From positions 1 through 60,647 of the forward strand of contig JBNKZR010000001.1 in the NCBI GenBank assembly GCA_050301735.1: a stretch of 60,647 bases of DNA, given 5' to 3'. Below are positions 28,511-37,240 of this stretch, piece after piece. Positions within the stretch are counted from its first letter, which is position 1; each line of letters begins with the position of its first letter. A model generated the notes under the pieces. The model had not been told where the DNA came from. It worked only from the letters and a program-made list of their open reading frames with translations, and ran no database searches. The DNA comes from Polyangiaceae bacterium (GTDB taxonomy: Bacteria > Myxococcota_A > Polyangia > Polyangiales > Polyangiaceae). The position numbers were made by a program, and so were the translations under genes.

Positions 28511-30031
28511 GTGCGAAGCTCCCTTGGGCGCCAACGTTGGCGGTGCGCCGTGACGACTATTTGGCGGCGCGCCGTGGTGGTACTGGGGCTGCTTCTCTCC
28601 AATTCGTGCCGCGAGGAGGCGAAGCCCACGCCGGCACGGGGGGCGTTGCCTGTGACCGTCGCCGCACCTGGGTCTCTGGTCATGCAGGGCGTGATCGCTG
28701 GACCGCAGGTTTTCTGGCAGGATGTCCGCACGGGTCTGGGCGAAGAGGGCAGGCGTCTGCCCAAGCACTTTCCGTTGTTGGTGACCGAGCTGCTCGGCGT
28801 CTCTCCAGTGATCTCCGGGCGTTTCGAGTTGAATGAGCCGATCCGGGTGGCACTGGGCGTGGACGGTGCACGGCTGCGTTGGGCTTTGGCGTTGCGGGTT
28901 CGAAGCGGAGCAGAGCTCGTGGCGGAGCTCAGCACCGGCGCTACGGCGCCCTACCGTGTAACCCGGAACCCACACTTGCAAGAGCTGGCAAGGCCGGGTG
29001 CCGAAGAGATCGTGGCTCGCGGAGTCAGCTCCAACTGGCTGGTGCTCGCGTCAGACTCGGAGACACTTCGAGCCTATGCTCCATACCTCGCGTTCACTCG
29101 CGTGGAAGACACGACCACGGCGCAGACTGGTCGTTTGGCGCTCACTTCCACTCCAGCAGCAGGAGCCAAACTCGCCGAGTTTTGGAGGGACTGGTGGACG
29201 CGCAGCGGGGAGTCACTGCGTGGCGATATGTCGCTCATGACGGGGGACCTGTCGGCTGAGTTTGCGGCGACGGAGCTTTCGCGCCTCGCAGCCCATGTCG
29301 CCCGAGGCGCGGAGACCCTTCTGCGGGGGCTCGTGCGCTCCCGTTTCGAACTCGGGGTCGACGGGACTCATTTCGTGTTGACGGGTCAGCACGAGACCGC
29401 GCAGCGATGGCGGCCAGCCGCCGACAACTGCCAGGTCTTGTCGAAGAGTCCGTACTTACCGACGCTAGCGGCGTTCGCCTGGGGCGCGGAAGGGGCCCTC
29501 GAATTGCCGCTCACGGACGGCGCGTTGGAGCTGCGAGCCCCGATGTTGTTGGGGGTGGCCGAGCACGAGCACGCGACCGTCGGGTTCGCCGACGTGAGCT
29601 CCAATCTCGCGCCGGACGCGGCCGCTCGACGGCTGCACGAGTTGTTTGCTCGAAAGGCGCCCGAGTCGACGAAGACCGACCGTCCCTGGACGGTGAAAAG
29701 TCGTGTGAAGGCTGGTGCTCGCGAGTGGACGTTCTCCCCAGTCCAGTCGGCCCGAGCTGCCACACCAAGCCGAGCGTTGCGTCTGGTGCTGTTGGCAGCA
29801 GGTGAAGCGCACGAAGATCGGTCTCGCTGGCTTGTTCTAGCTGATGGCAGCGAGCTCCCCGGGTGGGGGACTCCGGGTGCGGAGCTGCCTTGGTCACCGG
29901 CTTGCGAGCGGTTGCTCTTTGGTGCGGCGCTTGGCGCGCCGCCGAACGCTATCGCCCTTTGGGTCGCCTCGACCAAGACGGGGGTCGAACTCCAAGGACG
30001 TGCGCCGCTGCGCTCGTTCGCAGAGTTGTGA
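28511..30031 (+). CDS. Hypothetical secreted protein/possible lipoprotein
   Basis: 506 aa. N-terminal signal 'VVVLGLLLSNSC'. Coding-like composition. No family recognised. Its stop abuts the stop of the convergent gene (TGA 30029-31, CTA 30032-34). Confidence 0.6.
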   Translation: MRSSLGRQRWRCAVTTIWRRAVVVLGLLLSNSCREEAKPTPARGALPVTVAAPGSLVMQGVIAGPQVFWQDVRTGLGEEGRRLPKHFPLLVTELLGVSPVISGRFELNEPIRVALGVDGARLRWALALRVRSGAELVAELSTGATAPYRVTRNPHLQELARPGAEEIVARGVSSNWLVLASDSETLRAYAPYLAFTRVEDTTTAQTGRLALTSTPAAGAKLAEFWRDWWTRSGESLRGDMSLMTGDLSAEFAATELSRLAAHVARGAETLLRGLVRSRFELGVDGTHFVLTGQHETAQRWRPAADNCQVLSKSPYLPTLAAFAWGAEGALELPLTDGALELRAPMLLGVAEHEHATVGFADVSSNLAPDAAARRLHELFARKAPESTKTDRPWTVKSRVKAGAREWTFSPVQSARAATPSRALRLVLLAAGEAHEDRSRWLVLADGSELPGWGTPGAELPWSPACERLLFGAALGAPPNAIALWVASTKTGVELQGRAPLRSFAEL

Positions 30032-31312
30032 CTACAACGCGCAGGCCTGGCGCACGCAGTCCCCTGCGCTCCTGCCGCCGGTGATCGCGCAGCAGCGCCC
30101 GCAGGCTTCCGGCTCGAGTTCGGCGCACTCGGGGGCCCACGCTTCCACGCAGCATCCCCCGCGGCACTCTTTGCTGCCGAAGCAGCTTCTGCGAGCGCTG
30201 CACTCCATGTCACAGCTGCCTTTTTCGAGCTTGAACGTCGTGCTCATGGCGCCACCCAGGCCGAGCACGACCCCCGTGTTGCTGACTCGACTGCGCGCTC
30301 TGGCGCCGTCGAACCGCAATTCCCATTCCGACGGCAGGCGACCCGCCCTGTTGAACAGGCACTCGAGTGAGGTCGGCCCCTTGCCGAGCCTCACCGGTCC
30401 GCCACTTGCGTGCGCCTCCGTGCTTCCGGCATCCAGCGACTGGCCTGGGCAGAGCGCGGAATGGGTAGCGCCGCCGTTCTGCCGCGCGAAGTCGAAGTGG
30501 ACCAGTCCTCCTGAGCCAGACACGGGCGTCAACACGCAGCGCACCTTCACGTGATTGGCACCATCGAATCCCCAGGCTCCAGAGTGCGTGTCGGGGTTGT
30601 CGCAGGACGCCGTGACGGCGGGGGGGGCGCCCTTGGGGAGTTCGACTAGATAGTCTTCAATTTCGCCCCGTTCGAAGCTGCCGGTCCCGTCCCAGTTCGG
30701 GGGCACCGTCCGCTCCGTCAAGGCGATGCGCATCCACGCCGCGGTTGGAGGCTTCCGGTCCCCGTAGGCAAACGCGGGTACCTGCACGGAGTGCACCTTC
30801 TTGTCTGATTCTTGGAAGTCGATGGCTTGGTTCTGGACGACCCACTCTCTTTCTCCCTCCCAGTGACCGTTCATGTCGAGGTCGACGAGTACGTTGAGCC
30901 ACATCTCGGCATCGGGGTCTTCACTGCCGACCTGCACGAGCAGGTTTGCGCGGGGGCGGCCGTGTAGAAATTCGACATTCATCTCGAGCACCCCGTCGTC
31001 CGTGTCCGGACGTGAGCCGTCGGAGTTGGCGCTTTCGCGATTGCCGGGACGTCCGAGCCAAGCGCGCGTCGGGTCGAGGCTGTGTGCCCCTCCGCTGCTG
31101 CCTCGAGTGGGGAAGGCACCCGTCCGTTCGCCGCTGGGGTAACCCGTCGGTCGTTCATCTGGCGCGTCACCGTAGTCGGCGCTTCCGGCGCTCGACGCGT
31201 CGCTCGGGGCACTGCCTCCCGTGCAAGCCAGACAGAGTGCCAGCCCGGCCGTCACGCCGTGGAGTGATGTGCGGACTTCGAACAAGTGTCCGCGATAGAA
31301 GGGTTCCCTCAT
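30032..31312 (-). CDS. Lipoprotein with GEVED domain and Cys-rich C-terminal module
   Basis: Lies in ORF 30032..31597; the likely start is ATG 31312. Lipobox 'GLALCLAC'. GEVED-domain hallmarks are 'DYGDAPDE...YP', 'WLG', 'DTDDGV' and 'GEIEDYLVELP'. The tail is 'CDMECSARRSCFGSKECRGGCCVEAWAPECAELEPEACGRCCA'. Confidence 0.7.
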   Translation of the reverse strand: MREPFYRGHLFEVRTSLHGVTAGLALCLACTGGSAPSDASSAGSADYGDAPDERPTGYPSGERTGAFPTRGSSGGAHSLDPTRAWLGRPGNRESANSDGSRPDTDDGVLEMNVEFLHGRPRANLLVQVGSEDPDAEMWLNVLVDLDMNGHWEGEREWVVQNQAIDFQESDKKVHSVQVPAFAYGDRKPPTAAWMRIALTERTVPPNWDGTGSFERGEIEDYLVELPKGAPPAVTASCDNPDTHSGAWGFDGANHVKVRCVLTPVSGSGGLVHFDFARQNGGATHSALCPGQSLDAGSTEAHASGGPVRLGKGPTSLECLFNRAGRLPSEWELRFDGARARSRVSNTGVVLGLGGAMSTTFKLEKGSCDMECSARRSCFGSKECRGGCCVEAWAPECAELEPEACGRCCAITGGRSAGDCVRQACAL

Positions 31313-31421
31313 CGTCGCTGGATTGTTCCGTTCCCCCGCTGGGCTGTCAACAGCGCGTCGCGCCGCCCCGGCCCCACACCGCGGGCTTGCGCGCGGGGCA
31401 GTGGGCGGGCATCTTGTTCTC

Positions 31422-32753
31422 ATGAAACCAGGATGCGCTGCATTGGCGCTGTTTCTGTTCGCCTGTTCGAAGCAGCCGTGGTTCGCTGATTCATCAGCCG
31501 CCGAAAGTGCCCGTGTCGGCGAGGTGAACCTGGGCCAGAAAGGCAGCAGCGGGCACGTGGCTGTTGCAAGCGAAGATGGGCTACCTGCGACTAGCACGAC
31601 CGCTGCTGGGACAGATACGCGCGCAGATGCCGAAACCGATGGAGCTCCGACTCTGCGGCTGCCTCGTTTCTATGGCGCTCTGTCCAGGCTGGAGGCTGGC
31701 GAACGTCAGGCCCCGGTACGTATCGCGTGGTTCGGTGACTCTCACACCGCGGCCGACTTCTTGACGGGCGAGTTGCGAGGGCAACTGCAGGAACGTTACG
31801 GCAATGCCGGACCCGGCTTCGTTCACGTCGGCATCGACAGCACGCGTCACGACGAAGTGAGCAGTTCGGCCAGCGGTCGCTGGCAACGTCAGCCAGCTTC
31901 GCCGGCGGCATTCTACGAGCAAGATGATGCAGTGTTTGGCCTCGCGGGTATGCGCGCCCACGTTCGAGAGGGCACAGCCCTGCTCAGACCGAGAGCGGAG
32001 CCTGGTCACGTCAATTGGGAGTTCGTGGTGCGGCCCACGAGCGCAACGGCGCGACTCGCACTGGCTGCGCCTGGCGTGAACTCGACGCGCGTGGACTTTC
32101 CATCCAAGGTCACTGGAGACGCCCTCGTCCAGCGGCGCGGGTCTCAGTTGTTCGGGGTAACCTACCGGACGGATGCGTCCGCAGAGCTTCATGTGCAGGC
32201 ACGTTCCTTGGATGTGTTTGGGGCCTTCGGCGAATCGGATGCGTCCGGCGTCGTGCTCGACGTGATGGGGATCAACGGCGCGCGGATACGCACGATGCTC
32301 GCTTGGCATGAAGGGGTGTGGCTCGGGGAACTCGCTGAGCGCGCGCCCGATCTCGTGGTTCTCGCCTACGGCACGAACGAAGCAGGCGACGGCAATCCGA
32401 TCACTCGCTACGAGGAAGACTATCGTCGCGTGATGGAGCGGGTCGCGGCGGCGGCGCCCGAAGCGGATTGTCTGCTGGTGGGTCCGACCGCGCGTGGTTC
32501 GGGGCAGGAACGGCAGGTACATCGCACGTTGCAGCTCGACGAACTCCAAGCACGCGTAGCGCATGAACTCGGGTGCGCCTACTTCAGCTTGTTCGAGGCG
32601 ATGGGGGGCGCTGGAAGCTACGAGCGATGGGCCGGAGCGGAGCCGAGACTCGCCTCCAGTGACGGTGTTCATCTGACGCAGGAGGGTTATCGACGCTTGG
32701 GACGCTTGCTGGCTGGGCGGCTGCTCGCTTCACAGCGTGCGTACGCGTGGTGA
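31422..32753 (+). CDS. SGNH/GDSL-family hydrolase lipoprotein
   Basis: Lies in ORF 31323..32753. ATG 31422 gives 'MKPGCAALALFLFAC'. Block I is 'IAWFGDSHTAADF', block III 'LAYGTNEAG' and block V 'SDGVHLTQEGY'. Confidence 0.75.
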   Translation: MKPGCAALALFLFACSKQPWFADSSAAESARVGEVNLGQKGSSGHVAVASEDGLPATSTTAAGTDTRADAETDGAPTLRLPRFYGALSRLEAGERQAPVRIAWFGDSHTAADFLTGELRGQLQERYGNAGPGFVHVGIDSTRHDEVSSSASGRWQRQPASPAAFYEQDDAVFGLAGMRAHVREGTALLRPRAEPGHVNWEFVVRPTSATARLALAAPGVNSTRVDFPSKVTGDALVQRRGSQLFGVTYRTDASAELHVQARSLDVFGAFGESDASGVVLDVMGINGARIRTMLAWHEGVWLGELAERAPDLVVLAYGTNEAGDGNPITRYEEDYRRVMERVAAAAPEADCLLVGPTARGSGQERQVHRTLQLDELQARVAHELGCAYFSLFEAMGGAGSYERWAGAEPRLASSDGVHLTQEGYRRLGRLLAGRLLASQRAYAW

Positions 32754-32784
32754 GTCCGAAGCTCGACTGCGCCGAGCGAGACAG

Positions 32785-34347
32785 TCACGGCTGGGCTGTG
32801 GGGCGGGGCGGGGCGGGCTGCGCTGGCGCGTCTTCGTCGATGCTATCGTCCGTTTCCTGTTGCAGCGCTTCGTTGTAGCGTTGCATCAAGGCCTGATAGA
32901 TCCAATTGCCCAGCACCTGGGCTCCGTAGCCACTCGGATGCGTCAAGTCAGCCTGACCGAGACCGCGGCGCACCCACTTTGCCATCGAACCTCGCCCTCC
33001 CATGGCCTCGTAGGTGTTGAAGAAGGCGCAGCCCATGGCTTTGGCGGTTGCTTCCTGCTGACGGACGATGTGGGGGATGATCGGCAGTGTAACCAACACA
33101 TCGTTCTCCTTGCGCGCTCGGTCCATCGCTGCGAGCACCAAGCAGCCGGCCCTGGGGAGCGCTCTTTGTCCCTGTGCCAACACCGCTCGCATGGTGCGAT
33201 CGTAGTCCTCCATCGAATAGGCGAAGCCGTCGCCACTTTCGTTGGCCCCGAATTCATAGACGAGAAGGTCGGAGTTCCGTTGCTTCAGTTGCTCTGCCCA
33301 GTGAACGTCGTCCTGCTTGTCCAAGAAGCGAATGCGCGCGCCTTGGATGCCGATCGCGTCGAGCACCACTCCGGGCACCTTACGCTCCATGATGACCCCG
33401 AAGGTGCGTGTCATGCCTGGCCCCGTGACGACCTCCAACAGGTGCTCGCCATCCGGCACTTCGACGTCGAAGGAGGCTCCGCGCGTCTCCGCGCCTGCCG
33501 TTTCCACTTCGGCGTGAGGTTTGCCGTCGAGGTTCAAGCGCAAGCTGCCGCCGTGAGGGCGCTGCAGGTACAAGAGCCGGAACAGCGAAACTTGGCGCCC
33601 AAAGTCGCCGTCTTCGGCGGTGCCGAATCGCGCGCGCACACCCGGAGGGGCTTCGAAGGATACTCCACCTAGTCCGTACAGGCCGTCACTCGCGTAGGGG
33701 CCGACAATGCGACTGACCTTGAATCCCTTCGATGCGAATCGAAACACGTCGTTGTGAAAGTAGGATGGCCAGGCGTCAGCCATCAGAACGAAGCCATGCC
33801 CCGCGTCGCCGAACTGTTTCTGCAACAAGCGTCGCAACGTGCCCGTGACGTAATCACTTGCTACCAGCGAATCGCCGAAGTACGTGATACGGGTGATCGC
33901 TCCTTCACGTTTGGCCGCGGTGTTCTTCAACGCGCGATAGAAGTGTGACAACGAACCTGCGGGGTCCACGATGGGCAGTGGTGGCTCTTCGGCATCGACC
34001 CGAGGGACCTCGAAATCCTCTTCGCGTCGTGCTGCTATGGGGCCGCGGGTTTGGGGAAGTTCGGCGGTTTCGGGTTGGGCGAGTTCGTGCCGCGTGTGCG
34101 TTTCCGTCGACAGTTCGCTCGAACCGACGTGTTGTTGAGTTGGATCGAGCAGTGCAGCATCGGCGATGGGTTCATCCGAGTGCCGGTCGAACAAGCGATA
34201 GCGCTCCGTGCCGGGTACGACCTCGAGCAGCAGGGCGAAGCCCAAGAGGGTGAGGGCTGCCAGCAGCGGGCGACTCGTAAGGGGGCGCCGCGGGTCCGTC
34301 ACCTCGGGCCCCGAGACGGCGATGTGCTCGTCCTCGGATGGCTGCAT
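32785..34347 (-). CDS. SGNH/GDSL-family hydrolase, paralogue of 31422..32753, membrane-anchored
   Basis: 520 aa. TM segment 'LLAALTLLGFALLLEVV'. Block I is 'ITYFGDSLVASDY', block III 'YEFGANESGD' and block V 'ADLTHPSGYG'. It shares 'FY.AL...RI..FGDS...D..TG.LR..LQ..(F/Y)G.AG.GFV' with the convergent gene. Confidence 0.75.
   Translation of the reverse strand: MQPSEDEHIAVSGPEVTDPRRPLTSRPLLAALTLLGFALLLEVVPGTERYRLFDRHSDEPIADAALLDPTQQHVGSSELSTETHTRHELAQPETAELPQTRGPIAARREEDFEVPRVDAEEPPLPIVDPAGSLSHFYRALKNTAAKREGAITRITYFGDSLVASDYVTGTLRRLLQKQFGDAGHGFVLMADAWPSYFHNDVFRFASKGFKVSRIVGPYASDGLYGLGGVSFEAPPGVRARFGTAEDGDFGRQVSLFRLLYLQRPHGGSLRLNLDGKPHAEVETAGAETRGASFDVEVPDGEHLLEVVTGPGMTRTFGVIMERKVPGVVLDAIGIQGARIRFLDKQDDVHWAEQLKQRNSDLLVYEFGANESGDGFAYSMEDYDRTMRAVLAQGQRALPRAGCLVLAAMDRARKENDVLVTLPIIPHIVRQQEATAKAMGCAFFNTYEAMGGRGSMAKWVRRGLGQADLTHPSGYGAQVLGNWIYQALMQRYNEALQQETDDSIDEDAPAQPAPPRPTAQP
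32800..32817 (+). repeat. G-quadruplex-type motif GGGGCGGGGCGGGGCGGG
   Basis: Four G-runs separated by single C loops on the + strand. The motif sits in the last codons of the minus-strand SGNH gene, 47 nt past the stop of the plus-strand SGNH gene. Confidence 0.5.
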
Positions 34348-34367
34348 GTTACGAAGCCGTTGCGAGC

Positions 34368-35855
34368 TCAGGGGTTCGTTTCCACGACCGGTTGAACGGG
34401 CGACGGTGCGGGGGGATCGACTTCGGCGGTCGTCGCCGCAGGCACGGGCTGGATGGGCGGTGATTCCACTGCTTTTGTCGGAGCAGGTTGCGACGTCTCT
34501 GCCGGTGTGGGCTGTGGGGGAGGGACCGCCTGAGCTTGGCGTACGGGCGCCGTCTTTTGGGTTACCGGTGGTCGAGGAGCCGGTCGGGGCTTCGGGCGCG
34601 GGGGAGAGCGCGGTGCTGGCGCTTTTGCGGCCACCTCTTCGATCTCTTCAACGACGGCTCCTGCCGTCTCCGCTTCGTCGCCTGCATCCGACTCGTCTTC
34701 GGCCATGGCTTCCGGCAAGTCGGAGGGATTGAGACCCGTGGCGTTGAGCTGCGCGAGCAGATCGGCAGCGCGGCGCCGTCGGTTCGAATCCACCGTTTCA
34801 GAGCGCGCGACGGCATCGAGCAGGCGGCGCTGCAGGTCGATGTCAGACGAGTCTTCTGCCTGCTCCAGTTGGTGATCCGCCCAACTCGCGGCAATCCTGC
34901 GAAAGGAGCCCGACTCGCGCAGGTTGCTCTCCGGCTTGATGTGCTGCAGGGCAGCGAATGCCGCGTCCAAGTCGCCTTTCGAGAAGTAGACCTTGGCTGT
35001 TTCCAGCGCGCGCGCCGCTTCGTTACTCTGGGCTCCACGGGCGTCGTCGTGTTGAGTTGGTGCTGCAACCCAGTACAAGGCCGTTCCCAAGACCGCAGCT
35101 CCTACGCCCGCCGTCGTCCAGCGCTGAGCGCGGGTGAGTTGGTGCCATAGGCCTCCGCCGGAACCCGCCGCGCGCGGGTGATCGGTACGTGTGAACACCT
35201 GTCCGGCGGGGACGAACTGGAGTTCGACGTCACCCAGCTCCACGATGTCTCCGGAGTAGAGAGTGGTGCTCTGGACCTCCATCCCGTTGACGCGAACGCC
35301 GTTCGAGCTTCCTAGATCACCGATCTTGTAGCGTCCGCTGTCGTCTCGTTCGATGTCGGCGTGCACGCGACTGACCGAGGTGTCGTTCAGCGCGATGTCG
35401 CACTCCTCGCCTCGCCCGATGAGCAGGCGGCGGTCTCCGAGTGGGTATTCAGCCCCCTCGTGCGGGCCTTCGATAACTACGAAGCGATCGGGGAGTGCTC
35501 CTCCAGGTTCTGAAGGCAACGGTGCCGGCACCGTCATCGCGTCCCGATCGGCGATCGACTCTTGCGCGTCATCGTACAGCAGGATGTCGTAGTCTCCCAC
35601 TCGCAGGCGCGTGTCGTGCCCCAGGCTGACTTGACCTGAGATGCGTTGCTCGTCGACGTAGCAACCCGTGTAGCTCTCCAAGTCGGTCAGCAGCCAGCCG
35701 TCACTGCTGCGCTCGAGCTTGGCGTGATGACGGGAGACGTTGCGCTCCGTCAGACGAACGTCGTTGTCTTCCGCGCGACCGACCGTGTACTCCTGTCGCA
35801 CCAGGTTGACCACTGTGCGGTTGGCCTGGTCGTCCTCGATGCGCAGTTTCCACAT
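34368..35855 (-). CDS. Double-FHA-domain membrane protein with Pro-rich C-terminus
   Basis: Lies in ORF 34368..35882; start is ATG 35855 or 35882. FHA domain 1 is 'YTVGRAEDNDVRLTERNVSRHHAKLE...TDLESYTGCYVD'. FHA domain 2 is 'LLIGRGEECDIALNDTSVSRVHADIE...GDLGSSNGVRVNG'. The TM segment is 'WTTAGVGAAVLGTALYWVAA'. Confidence 0.85.
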   Translation of the reverse strand: MWKLRIEDDQANRTVVNLVRQEYTVGRAEDNDVRLTERNVSRHHAKLERSSDGWLLTDLESYTGCYVDEQRISGQVSLGHDTRLRVGDYDILLYDDAQESIADRDAMTVPAPLPSEPGGALPDRFVVIEGPHEGAEYPLGDRRLLIGRGEECDIALNDTSVSRVHADIERDDSGRYKIGDLGSSNGVRVNGMEVQSTTLYSGDIVELGDVELQFVPAGQVFTRTDHPRAAGSGGGLWHQLTRAQRWTTAGVGAAVLGTALYWVAAPTQHDDARGAQSNEAARALETAKVYFSKGDLDAAFAALQHIKPESNLRESGSFRRIAASWADHQLEQAEDSSDIDLQRRLLDAVARSETVDSNRRRRAADLLAQLNATGLNPSDLPEAMAEDESDAGDEAETAGAVVEEIEEVAAKAPAPRSPPRPKPRPAPRPPVTQKTAPVRQAQAVPPPQPTPAETSQPAPTKAVESPPIQPVPAATTAEVDPPAPSPVQPVVETNP

Positions 35856-35928
35856 GCCCGTCGATCCTGCCGCGAAACCCACCGATAAGCCAAGACCTGG
35901 CCGCGATCACACCCCTGACAGCGGGCCT

Positions 35929-37071
35929 TCACTGGCCTGTGGTTCGGAGCAATTCTTCGGTGCTACGAGATGAGAGGCCGAGGCGAGCCAATGCATCGTG
36001 CACCTGAGGTCGAACGGCGCGGATGGCGATGTTGTCTCTGCTCGGACAAACGCGATTGGTCAGCAAGACGACGGCGATATCGTTGCTGGGGTCGCACCAG
36101 AAACTCGTACCAGTAAAGCCGAGGTGTCCAAAGGTCTGTGGACCGAGTACATCCCCCGCAGAGGAGCCTGAATCAGACTTTCCGTCGAACCCTGCGAGGT
36201 GACTGCCACCCGGTCGCTGCTGAAATAGGGAATCCAGCGCGTCTCGGGTGAGGACGGCGTGTCGTTCCGCCCGGGCGTCCAGCATCAGTTGTGCGAACCG
36301 GACCACGCTGCCGACGCGCCCGAAGAGCCCGGCATGCCCGGAGCAGCCGCTGCCAGATAGTGCGAAGGCGTTGTCGTCGTGGACCATCGCGCAGATGCGT
36401 CCGCCGCGCCAGGCCACCGTCTCGGTGGGAGCGACCTGCCCCGTGCCGTCGAGTCCGAGGCAGCGTACGGAGCCGATGCCGTAGATGCCCAGGCCGTGCA
36501 GTTCGGCCTGGAGCACACGATCGAGTGAGTCACCGCTCACAGCTTCCAACACCTTGCCCAGGAGCAGGAAGCCGAGGTCGCTGTAGATCACCTCGAATCC
36601 TCCGCCAGGCAGGGGTTGACGTTCATCAGCCAGGCCGTTGGCAGCCTGGCGTAGGGCTTGCTCTGGGTCGAAGCGCGCACCATCGCGCAGCGGTGCGAAG
36701 AGCTCGATGTGGGCACGCAGCCCTGAACGATGGGCGAGTAGTGACTCGAGCGAGGTGTCACGGGCGGCGCAGCCCGTGGTCCAGGGGAGGTAGTCTGCCA
36801 GTGGCCGATCGAGTCGGAGTCGTCCTCGATCAGCGAAGCGCGCCAGGCAAAGGGCCACTACGGGTTTGGTCAACGAAGCCAGATCGAACCAGGTGGCCAG
36901 GTTGGTCCGCGTGGGATCGTCGGGTGCGAACTGCCCGCTTTGACCCATCAGAGTCACCCACTCGTTGCGCCTTCGGATGCTGACTGCGGCGCACGCACCT
37001 GGCGCTACATGTGGTTCGATCACGAGTTCGCGCAGTAGGGCGTCGATGCGATGGTCGTGACTGGTCAACAT
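35929..37071 (-). CDS. Serine hydrolase, beta-lactamase/transpeptidase fold (class C-related)
   Basis: 380 aa. SxxK motif 'FDLASLTKPVVA'. 'HRSGL' and 'GHLGFTGTSFW' are typical of the family. Confidence 0.85.
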   Translation of the reverse strand: MLTSHDHRIDALLRELVIEPHVAPGACAAVSIRRRNEWVTLMGQSGQFAPDDPTRTNLATWFDLASLTKPVVALCLARFADRGRLRLDRPLADYLPWTTGCAARDTSLESLLAHRSGLRAHIELFAPLRDGARFDPEQALRQAANGLADERQPLPGGGFEVIYSDLGFLLLGKVLEAVSGDSLDRVLQAELHGLGIYGIGSVRCLGLDGTGQVAPTETVAWRGGRICAMVHDDNAFALSGSGCSGHAGLFGRVGSVVRFAQLMLDARAERHAVLTRDALDSLFQQRPGGSHLAGFDGKSDSGSSAGDVLGPQTFGHLGFTGTSFWCDPSNDIAVVLLTNRVCPSRDNIAIRAVRPQVHDALARLGLSSRSTEELLRTTGQ

Positions 37072-37213
37072 GCGATCGTGTTAGGCTTTCCTAGCCTCGT
37101 CGAATCGAGAGCTCGAGCGGTAGCGAGAAGTCTAGAACGTACTCCTTCTACTTCCCGATCGGCTTGTCAAAATTCGATGCTTTTCGAAGGGCTTCTGCTA
37201 GTAGAAAGCGAGC

Positions 37214-37228
37214 TGGCATCGCACTTGC
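37214..37228 (+). promoter_or_regulatory. Sigma54-type -24/-12 promoter candidate in front of pilC
   Basis: TGGCAT-CGCAC-TTGC has exact GG-N10-GC spacing and matches the TGGCA-N6-TTGC core. The GC of the -12 box is at 37227-37228, and the pilC ATG is at 37241. Confidence 0.35.
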
Positions 37229-37240
37229 GAGCAACCAAGT

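Noticed and set aside
30620-30627. G8 homopolymer inside the GEVED lipoprotein gene, plus G7 tracts at about 8290 and 8915, as possible phase-variation tracts
   Set aside because: They encode ordinary Pro/Gly codons. Such runs are expected by composition in this GC range, and there is no evidence of frame disruption.
30032-31597. N-terminal extensions of several track ORFs: 30032..31597, 49116..50705, 2665..4338, 13780..15027, 15417..18020 and 31323..32753
   Set aside because: The extensions precede obvious signal peptides or conserved N-termini. They overlap divergent genes or promoter regions and translate to low-complexity sequence. Internal ATGs give canonical starts.
34781-34791. GGTTCGAATCC, a perfect tRNA T-loop consensus
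   Set aside because: The flanks (GTCGG / CCACC) do not form a T-stem. No acceptor or anticodon arms could be built. It lies inside, and antisense to, the FHA-protein CDS.
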